Assembly: GCA_030704615.1 (NCBI GenBank)
Contig: CM060733.1
Span: forward strand, 33,542,001-33,606,000
Origin: Takakia lepidozioides
Taxonomy: Eukaryota > Plantae > Bryophyta
DNA length: 64,000 nucleotides
Direction: 5' to 3'
Shown: positions 12,100-21,899 of the stretch, in pieces
How the letters are laid out: each line of letters starts with the position of its first letter
How positions within the stretch are numbered: the first letter of the stretch is position 1
Made by a program: the position numbers and the translations under genes
The notes under the pieces: generated by a model
Databases searched by the model: none
Seen by the model: the letters and a program-made list of their open reading frames with translations, nothing else
What the model was told of the DNA's origin: nothing

Positions 12100-13480
12100 C
12101 AGCAATTTCTAAGGGCTTATAGAAATTGCTTTGCTTTCAGTTTGAAGGATTTGGGGAGTTTGAAGGGTTAGGAGATTCGTATTGATTTGGCAAGTGACAT
12201 GCCAATCTTTCAAAGGCCCTACCGGTATAGTGACATGAAGAGGTCATTGATCCAGTCACGGACTATGGAGTTGTTCGAAGCTGGATTGGTGGAGTTGTCA
12301 GGCGGGGAGTATGCCTCGGCAACGGTGATGCCAGCTAAGAAGGATATCTATGGCAATTGGACAGAAAGAAGGATGTGTGGGGACTATCGTCATGTGAACC
12401 GTCAGACTAAGTCCGATAGATATGCCATGCCAACTCCAGATGAGATCTTTGATGCCATTGGGCATGCAAAGGTGTTTAGCACATTGGACTTGCGATCCGG
12501 TTACCACCAGTTGCCAATCAAAGAGGCTGACAAGCAAAAGACGACATTCTGGGGGATTGACCAACATGGGAAGAATTGCTTGTATCAATGGCGGTTCTTA
12601 CCGTTTGCGTTGAAGAATGCTCCTACAGAGTTTCAAAGGGTCATGGATAGGATTCTTGCGGGGCTAGACTTCGCCCGGTGCTACATTGATGACATCATTG
12701 TCTTTAGTGCTACGGTTGAGGAGCATGAGAGACACCTTCAGGTGGTGTTTGAGCGTTGAGAGCGCACGGGTTGAAACTGCACCCCGAAAGTGCAAGTTCT
12801 TCCACAATCAGACTGAGTATCTGGGCCACATGATATATCCTGGAGGATTGGGTGTTCAACAGACAAAGGTGGAGGCCATTGCATGCATTCCACGTCCCAT
12901 GGATGTGAGCAGAGTTCGTGCTTTCATGGGATTGGCAAATTACTATCGACGGTTTGTCAAGGGATTTAGTAGCATTGCAAAGGCTCTAACCAAGTTAACC
13001 AAGGTGGGTCAAGAGTGGCAGTGGGAGGAGGAGCAGGAGGAAGCCTTTGAGGAACTCAAGGCTCGATTGACTTCTGCACCTATTCTGAGGCGGCCTATTC
13101 GGGGGCGGCCTTTCCAGCTACATACGGATTGGAATATGCTGGGGATTGGAGCAGTGCTTACACATGTGGATGATGAGGGAAGAGAGTTCGTAGTGGCATA
13201 TGCTAGCCGCTCGAACCATGATGTCGAGGCGAAGTATAGTTCCTATGAAAGGGAGTGTCTAGCTGCGGTATGGGCAGTGGCACATTTCAGATGCTACCTC
13301 TATGGCAATCTCTTCACCCTTGTCATGGATCACCAACCATTAAAATGGTTGATGGAGTCAGACAAGCTTACAGGGAAGCTTGCACGGTGGGCACTTATGC
13401 TTTAAGAGTACGACTTCCAGGTGGTGCATCGAGCCGGTATTGTCAATCGGGATGCAGATGGATTGAGTCGTAATCCATGC
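12100..13480 (+). pseudogene. pol: Gypsy pol: reverse transcriptase and RNase H
   Basis: RT motifs RMCGDYR, FSTLDLRSGYHQ, LPFALKNAP, YIDDI, YLGH, FMGLANYYRRFV. RNase H motifs LHTDW..GIGAVL, YSSYERECLA, DHQPL, KLARWAL. Frameshift near 12760-12790 and a stop at 13403. Confidence 0.97.
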
Positions 13481-13564
13481 ACAAGCAAACGTGATGATAC
13501 TGGAGCTCGGTGGCATGGTGAGACAGATGAGGAGATGGTGCCAGGATAGCATGCATCGGCTTTT

Positions 13565-14930
13565 TTGTGCATTCTAGCAATAGGAGCTCAAGCTGGTCCA
13601 TCCCATGCGATTGGTCATATAGATAGCGTGCATGACGATCCAAAGACTAGTGAGGAGTTTGGTGGTGCTAAGGATGTGCATGAAGATGCAGCAGTGTTGG
13701 CATACATTCGTACCGGAGAGACAGCGGCCAGTGTGACTGCTAAGGAGAGGGATCGGGTCCTACAACGAGCTAAGAGGTTCAAGTGGGAGGAGACTCACCT
13801 ACTCCGGGTATGGGAGGATGGACGAGTAAGGATTGTGCCTCATCCAACACAACGAGCGCGATTGGTACGCCATGCCCATGAGGAGTTGGAATATTTTGGG
13901 GTGCGGCGCACTCATAGTTTGCTGCAAGGGCAGTATTGGTGGCAGGGCATGCACACGGATGTGCAACAGTTAGTGGCAAGGTGCATGGTGTATGATAGAG
14001 TGCGGGCTTCTTTCAATGTACCTACTCCACAATTGCATCCTTTACCCATTATGGGTTTGGGCTATCGTTGGAGTCTTGACTTCGCAGGCCCATTGCCACT
14101 AACTATTCGCCATAACAAGTATGTGTTGGTGATGGTGGAACATTTCTCCAAATGGATTGAACTGGTGGCATTGCCTGACAAAGTAAGTGAGGGGGCTGTG
14201 TATGCATTCTTAGATCGAATGCTTAGCCAATTTGGTGCTCCAGCCGAGGTACTCACGGACCAAGGGAGAGAATTCTTGGGGGAGTTTCAGGCTTTATGTG
14301 AGCAAGCCTTGATAGATCACCGCACTACTTCTCGGGATCATCCCGAGGCTGATGGCTTGGCGGAGAGAGTTGTTCAGATAGTCAAGAGAGGTTTGCGCAA
14401 GTACGGTTTGCAGAAGGGACACCTAGGAAATTGGGACCTTCAACTGCCTTGGCTAGCTATGGGCTATAGGTTCAGCAAACAAGCTTCACTTGCCTCCTTC
14501 TCACCTTATTTCCTTCTCTTTGGCCGAGAGCCAGATTTGTCTGCATTTATTCGCAGGGAGACTGTAGTAGTCCTCAACCTTGATGATTCGGAGGTATGGA
14601 CACAAGCATGTGCCCAGCGGGCAGAATTGTTCAAGAGAGTCATGCCTATGGCTTTTGAGAACCTTGCTATTGCCCAACATCGAGACACATTGAGGTACGC
14701 CACTATACGTAGAGGGGGATATCGGCCAGGTGTTCGGCGTTTCCACCCTGGGGACTATATGTATCTGTAGCAGACAGCACCTACGACTTTGGATGTCACA
14801 GCAGGCCGTGTGTTTCTAAGGGTCTGGGAGGTGTTGCCTTCAGGAGTATTGATTCTGGAGGGTCCAGATGACATGGTATGGAAGGACCATGTGCGCAATT
14901 GTGCGCCATGACACCTTCCACATGTGGATG
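13565..14930 (+). pseudogene. Gypsy integrase (degenerate HHCC zinc domain plus DDE core)
   Basis: AHEELEYFG...YWWQGM...CMVYDR (eroded HHCC); WSLDFAGP, LTDQGREF, GLAERVVQ (D-D-E); SPYFLLFGREP; FHPGDYMYL. Confidence 0.95.
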
Positions 14931-14969
14931 GGAAGATAGATCCCAACCTTTGCAGTGGTACCTGCAGGG

Positions 14970-15115
14970 TTGCGTTGCATGCTATGTGAGCATGCTGGTG
15001 GTGCCACGACCATGTTGGTGTGTGACAAATGCTCAAGGGGGTGGCACATGGGATGCTTGACACCACCATTTGAGGAGGTTCCTAGTGGAGAATGGTTGTG
15101 TCCACGAATGCCTTG
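14970..15115 (+). pseudogene. PHD finger (C4HC3) at the C-terminus of the integrase
   Basis: CMLCEHAGGATTMLVCDKCSRGWHMGCLTPPFEEVPSGEWLCPR; the last Cys (TGC) is one base out of frame. This fits the canonical C-x2-C...LxCDxC...HxxCLxPPL..VP.G.W.CP.C pattern. Confidence 0.9.
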
Positions 15116-15383
15116 GATAGAGGTAGTGGGGCATGACAGTGGTGAGGTTGACAAGTGATTCAAGGTCTAGCTAATGGGAGTTCAATGCCATGGACACCCA
15201 ATTGAAGCCATGGATTGCAGGAAGGCGAGTAACGATGGGGCTACTTTTGCACCCGGCCTCTTGATCTATTGACTTTAGATAGTGGGACTTGGGCGATTGA
15301 TGACCAAGTGATGATCTTATTGGGATAGATACTTGTCAGCTATCTGGTGTTAGAGAGACATAATCACCAGCTAGGGGGGCGAT

Positions 15384-15922
15384 TGTGGCATAGTTTTCTA
15401 GGATTGTGTGCTTAGAATGTATGGTGGACAGCGATGTATGTTGTGGCACGATGCTTAGGTACATGACAGCTGTCATGGTTTTAATCATGGTTAACTAGAA
15501 TTACCTACTTCTAGTTAACTATGATATTTTGGATATTTATATTTGTATTTTGTGTGTTGGGACTTCATTTGGTCTCACATGCCAAGTGAGGTGTCAAACC
15601 TCACTTGGGACATGGGAATGGGTTTTCCCCTTGTGAGTGTTGAGGAGGGCTCATCTTCTTGTAGTTGAGCCTCCATGAGCCTCTCTCACCTCCATAGCTC
15701 TAGGTATTGAGAAAGAGTGTGTTGAGGGCTTTGTAGGGTGGATTCCCTTAGCAAGGGTGCCCTGGGCTTGACTTAGTTTATGTGATTGAGTGGATTCAAG
15801 AGTGGAGTGTTTCCATTGTGTTCACTTTCATTATCATTGTGGCATAGCTTTCTAGGATTGTGTGCTTAGAATGTATGGTGGACAATGATGTATGTTGTGG
15901 CATGATGCTTAGGTGCACGACA
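15384..15922 (+). repeat. 3' LTR of the DNMT-Gypsy element, with an ~85-bp direct repeat at both ends
   Basis: Starts TGTGGCA just after the PPT. 15384-15468 is repeated at 15838-15922, which ends ...CACGACA and abuts the AT-rich satellite. Confidence 0.75.
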
Positions 15923-17345
15923 TAAATAATAATTTATATCCTTTTATTTTCCCACTCTTAGGACTCTTTAGGGGCGCCCTAACGAGTCCTAAGGGCAATT
16001 ATAAATAATAATTTACATCTTTCAATTATCCCCTTCTCAAGACTCCTTAGGATGGCCCTAAGGAGTCCTAAGGGCAATTATAGATAATAATTTATATGTT
16101 TCTATTTTCCCCCTTTTATAACCCTTAGACTGCTAGGGCGATTATTTATGTCTTTCCATTTTTTTCCTCTTAAGACTGCCCTAAGAAGTCCTGAGGGTAA
16201 TTATAAATAATAGTTTATATGTTTTTATTTTCCCCCCTCTTAGGATTCTTTAGGGCGGCCCAAAGGAGTCCTAAGGGCAATTATAAATAATAATTTACAT
16301 CTTTCAATTTTCCCCTTCTTAGGACTCCTTAGGGCGGCCCTCAGGAGTCATAAGGGCAATTATAAATAATAATTTATATAGTTCTATTTTTCCCCTCTCT
16401 TAACCTCTTAGGTTGCCTAAATGGGTCTTAAGGACAATTATTTAAGTCTTTCCATTTTTTCATCTTAGGAATGTCATATGAAGCTCTAAGGGTAATTATA
16501 AATAATAATTTATACGTTTTTATTTTCCCCTCTGTTAGGACTCCTTAGGGCCGTCCTGAGGAGTCGTAAGGGCAATTATAAATAATAATTTATACGTTTA
16601 TATTTTCCCCCTCTTATAACCCCTTTGCCTAAACAGGTCAATTATTTATGTCTTTCTATTTTTCTCCTCTTAGGACTCCTTAGGACTGTCCTAAGAAGCC
16701 CTAAGGATAATTATAAATAATAATTTATATGATTTCATTTTTCCCTCTCTTAGATTTCTTAGGGCCGCCCTAAGGAGTCCTAAGGGCAATTATAATAAGG
16801 TCTATTTCAAAAAAGGATGTCAGTGCATTACAAATGGATGTATGAACGTTTATCGAAAATAAAGTTTTTTTTCTCAATTATAATAAATGATGACAACCTA
16901 CCAATATTGTCGATACATACCAATAAATAATATATGTGATTCATAAATATAATGACCAAAGTTGATACATTTATTATACTAGTTTATATTTTTTCTATTT
17001 TTCTTAGGAAATATTCTTTTCTTTTAGAGTTATAAATAATAATTTACATATTTTCATATTCCCCCCCTTAGGACTTCTTAGGGCAGTCTTAAGGAGTCCT
17101 AAGGGCAATTATAAATAATATCTTACTATTTTTCTATTTTTAACATAGGTATTAACATGTAAAGGTTTATTTCAAAAAAGGATGTCAGTGCATTACAAAT
17201 GGATGTATGAACTTTTATCGAAAATAAATTTTTGTTTTAATTATAATAAATGATGACAACCTACCAATTTTATCGGTATATGCCAATAAATAGTATATGT
17301 GATTCATAAATATAATGATCAAAGTTGATACATTTATTATAGTAC
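15923..17345. repeat. AT-rich tandem array (~75 bp units) with palindromic core, plus two copies of an ~180-bp block
   Basis: Repeated TTAGGACTCCTTAGGGCGGCCCTAAGGAGTCCTAAGGGCAATTATAAATAATAATTTA-like units; AGGACTCCTTAGGG/CCCTAAGGAGTCCT is an inverted pair. Block 16797-16978 is repeated at 17162-17341. Confidence 0.88.
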
Positions 17346-17409
17346 CTTCGGGACAAATCACCACAAGGTACGATTCATCCCTCTTACCATTTCTGTAAAT
17401 CAATTGTTC

Positions 17410-19815
17410 GTAGGATGTTGCACATTGGAACCAACTGACACAGTGACATAGTGCATCTGAACAGTTGTCATTGTACATGTTGATGGTTTTCGACGAGTGG
17501 CTGAACGGTATATCAGTTGCGTACATCATATCCGCTAGGAATAAGACAACAGACCTGGTGCCGTGGATGACAGCCTTGCGTGACCGACTCCACGCAGATA
17601 TGCCGACTAGGCGACCCAATGCCTTCATTGTCATTGATGCGGACGCTGAAATCAACGCTATAAGGTGAGTCTTCCATACCTCAATAGACACCCATTGTCG
17701 AAGTCCTCTGGCATGCAACTGTCGTCATAGTGTGCTTTGGCAGAGTCGCGTGCGATAGTTCCCTGAGAGACTCGTATGCGCGAGTCTGCTGGCAGACTAG
17801 ACTCGGACCAAGTCACGTGGGCAAGCCCGACTCGCTCGAACCAAGTAGTCTCTGGCAGACTGGCCCGGCCGAGTCCGCCAGAAGACTCGCAGGGGCGAGT
17901 CTGTTGGCAACCCTTCATGGGTCTGCTGGCAGACTTGGGAGGGAAGTCAGCCCGCCAGACCCGCTAGGCAGTGTCTTGCGACCAAGTTCGTGTAGGGTTG
18001 GTGTGGAGTCTGTTTTGGCTACTCGGCTGGCAGACACGCCTGCGCCATTTACCCTGGCAGACTCACATGCGCAAGTCCGTTGCCAGACTCGACTCGGAGA
18101 GTCCGCTGCTAATCGTGTGTGGGCGAGTCCGCATGCAGCAACCGGACTAACTCCGCTGGCAGACTGCGTGGAGACGAGTTCGCTGGTACACTGAACGGGC
18201 CCGAGTCCCGCTGGCAAACCGCCATGTGGCATCTGCCACAAAGGACCCGCAGGGCCAAGTCCGCTGGCAAACTCGCCAGGTGGCATCTGCCACAATACTC
18301 GCAGGGCCAAGTCCGCTGGCAAACTCCGCCAGGTGCATCGCCACAAGACTCGCAGGGCCGAGTCCGCCTGCCACGCTTCATGGGTTCTGATAGCAGACTT
18401 AGGAGGGGAAGTCAGCCCCTCCCACACCCGTAGGCCGTGTCTTACCACCAAGTCCGTTTAGGGGTTGGTGTGATTCTGTCTGTTGAGGTCTCCAAACACT
18501 CGATGGTGTCCACCGACCGGAGTTCCCTCTGAAAGTGCATCATGTGGATGTGTTATGTGCAGGGTTTGCTTTCAAAAGAGTCCTCATTTTCCTGTGCCTT
18601 TGGCATGTCCGCAAGGCATGGGTAAAGAAATCATGCCAGAAGACCAAAGATTCCGTCACAGCAGCAAACGTGTTGAAGGATATGGAGACCTCACCATACT
18701 GTAGAGGTAGACAAGCGAAGCAAGATCCCCAAAAAAAAAACACTTCTATGGGTTGCCAAAACAATCAGGGACATGAGAAAGAAATATCATAATGCCCGGG
18801 AATTTTTAAAGTACATCGACAAGGAATGGTCTCCTAAAATAGCAATGTCACTGATGTACTGCTGCTCGTCATGTTTTTTCCACACATGCCCAGTCAAGAC
18901 ACAAATGCTAGCATTGAGGCATACCATGGAAACTTGAAGGCTAGACTGAGGATGGGGGAAGGCAAAATGACTGGTCGAAGAGTCGATTGGCTAATATGGG
19001 AACTCACGGGCCGTGTGCTCACACACTACTGGTACGCAATTCATTTGAAGACGCATGGGTTCATACGCAATGACAAACAGGGAAAAGTACATATCTATAA
19101 GCTCTGTGCTAGCGGCCAGGGACATTCCAACGAGCAATGTGACTCTAACCCTTGTGCTAAGCAGCAATCACCCAGACACAACCTACATTGTTTACAACCC
19201 TGGATCGGATTGGGCTTCTTGCACTTGCCCATGGCAAATGAAAGATATTTGTGCAAACACCAAGTGAATGTGCTGAAGTTGCTTTCATCCCGACTTGCAA
19301 GATGGACTCATAGTGCGTGCATGTGGCAATGCACTCGGAACCATACATGGAGGATTGCATAATCTGATGTTGGATAAAACGACTGTCGCAGGGGAGGTTT
19401 GGTGCGATGGACAGACCTGTGGAGGATTATGACTTTGCACCCCCTCGAGGAACCGTCTACGTTCCCACTAGTATGGCCGAAGAATGGTCAGATATACTTC
19501 GTATAATGGGTGATAACAAGTACCTCGAGACACATGTGCTGTCGTGCCTTCGAATCTGTAGAGGGCAGCTTATTGATATCCCCCCCCCTGGCCAAAAGTG
19601 CTGCTGGGATGCTACATCCTCATGCAGCAAAACCTTTCCGACCTGTTGACGACAATAATAATTTGTCTCTGAAAAGGAAGAGAGATTTCGTCGAAGCATG
19701 GAAAACCCGACCCAGTCTGCGGAGAATGCGCAATAGGGTATATGCCCCAACACCTGCAACGAAAATATACTCTAGAATTGTTAAGGTTTCAGACCGTTGG
19801 GCGGGACCCAAGTAG
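17410..19815 (+). pseudogene. MULE (Mutator-like) transposase with SWIM zinc finger, spliced, 5'-truncated and frameshifted
   Basis: LYMLMVFDEWLNGISVAYII...FIVIDADAEINAIR, then a GT-AG intron at 17665-18562, then LCLWHVRKAW, DTNASIEAYHGNLK, RRVDWLIWEL and the SWIM-like ASCTC...LCKH. Confidence 0.85.
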
Positions 19816-20639
19816 ACAGCATACTCACACAGCAAAACACATGTTTATGCCATCATATTCCATGCAGAGAAATAAAAGGTCCACAATCTGCTTGAGAGTG
19901 CATACATGTTGCATCATAAACAGCCTGGAAGTGCATTCCATCAGAGCTCAGAGCGCCCCCCACGCCCATTTGCGGAAAGACTGGGCATTCTGCTCAACAG
20001 ACCGCGGAATGGCCAAACAGACTACTAAGCAGACTGCACAAGTACAGAATAAAACACTGCCAAGTCTGCTAATGGTTTTCGGCTAACAGACTGGGTGGTC
20101 CAGCAGACATACAATATGGACTGACTGTGTGGTCTTCTACACTGTCCATCGAACTGCTTCCATGAAGCGTACCCACCCAGATACGGAGCCCAACTGCACA
20201 CATATACACTATGCTTCAAAGTGCCACACACTCTGCCGAGCAGACTGATGAGCGGCCAACAGACTGCGAGGCAGACTGGTCCAACACGACGGAGACCGCC
20301 TTGTAGTCTGCTAACAGTAGTTAATAGTAGAACCAAGTAGTCTGCCCAGTAGGACGTGGGGTGTTTGTCTACTGACTGTTATTGTTCGGATTGTTCGGCC
20401 CTTGTACGACTTCTTTTGACGAACTTGCATAGGTGGGAACAGTATGAGTGCATGTAGGCCTTAATCTCAGAAAATATTACATACATTCAGAATGTAAATT
20501 GAAACAACATTGAATGTATATATTTATTTCCTCAAGGGAGCAGTTTTTCTGCATCGTCCAAACCACGGCGGATATACTTTACACACTGCAATCGTTGCAG
20601 TAACGGAAACCTGAAATTAAGCCACCTTCGTGTGAAGGC

Positions 20640-21690
20640 TTGTCCTCTCTATTTGGTTTTCTGCCTATCGCCTTTCAGCCAGTCGTAATACCCTTCAATG
20701 AAAGACATCACGTAAAACCCACACTCCCAACTAAAAGGTTGTTGGGGCACTTCGGGAGAGTTGAACTAAAATGCCATTACTTCATCCCATTGTGGAGTCC
20801 CAACAACATATCCAAAGCACCTTGCATGCACCTTCCGAATCCAACCAAGGAGCTATACGCAAGTATGCATTTCCCTCCGAGAGTTCAAGTGGGTGTAGGC
20901 GCCTTTCCTTAGGTCGATGATAATGACGCTCCAGTGACACCTTCAATGTAAAAATGAACATGCCCGACAATTTCATTAGTCCCAAACCCAACAAACTCTG
21001 TAGACCAACAGACAAACATACTCGGCTGTCCAAATGGCCAACTGCCCAAAACATACAGCACTCCAACAGATACAACGGACTAGCAGTCCAGCAGACCAAC
21101 AGTCCAAGAGTGCAGGAGTCCAACAGACCATGACGTCCAACTCACACAACAGTCGAACAGACCATGAGGTCGAATACACACAGAAGACCCAATATTCAGC
21201 AGACAGCAAAATGTGCAACAAGTCCGTCGGGTCTTACCCTTGCAAGACCGGCACCAATATATGAGTACAGTCTTTAATGTCTTTGCCAAGTCACGCAAAA
21301 GTCAAGGCACCATCAAGGTTTGCCACCAAAGTTTCGCGTGGGGCTGTGTCGAAAGTCTGGAAAACAGACCACGTCGACGTTGGCAAAAGAGCGACAGTGC
21401 CATACGTCCTCGAGTCTAGGGTGTTCTCGAAAAAACAACACCAGACATCCAAAAGTCTGTCTGAGCACTCCGACTCAACCACGTTCAGTGCTTTCATGTC
21501 TTCCGGCGCAATGCCACATCGAAACCGCGAGTCTCCTTCGAAAAAATACACCATGCTATTTCCAGCAGCTACATGTATGGACATCAATCGCCGGAAACAA
21601 CTTTCAATCCTGCACATACAGTCAGACCCCACCAAGACATCACTCATCCACAATGTCCAAAAACATCAGTCTGCTGCACAGTCTTAGCAG
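20640..21690 (-). pseudogene. Ulp1-like SUMO/Nedd8 protease domain (peptidase C48), last exons of a large minus-strand TE gene
   Basis: Minus-strand translation CHWSVIIIDLRKGAYTHLNS (HW at 20931-20936) ... PEVPQQPFSWECGFYVMSF (ECG at 20718-20726) gives the His, oxyanion Gln and Cys motifs. The catalytic Asp position reads Asn and there are two in-frame TAG stops. Confidence 0.85.
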
Positions 21691-21899
21691 ACCGATGAGG
21701 GGAATCGAATTACCATAAAGTCTAGAAACCAAAGTCAAGGGAGACTCTTAGCAGACCGACCAAAAGACCCGACAATCGGACAGTGGACATTCGGACATTG
21801 GGACAGTGGACTGCATTGTCACAGCAGACCGAACAATAGACTTGACATTTGACAAAGTCGACAAACATAACTGTGGGGCACAATCACAGCAGACCGAGT

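Larger units (their letters stand above)
7720..15922 (+). mobile_element. Degenerate Ty3/Gypsy LTR retrotransposon encoding gag - protease - C5 DNA methyltransferase - RT - RNase H - integrase - PHD finger; 3' LTR present, 5' LTR absent
   Basis: Colinear plus-strand ORF fragments in Gypsy order (RT-RH-INT). PPT AGGGGGGCGA at 15373-15382 is followed by an LTR running TGTGG...GACA (15384-15922). Many stops and frameshifts. Confidence 0.93.
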
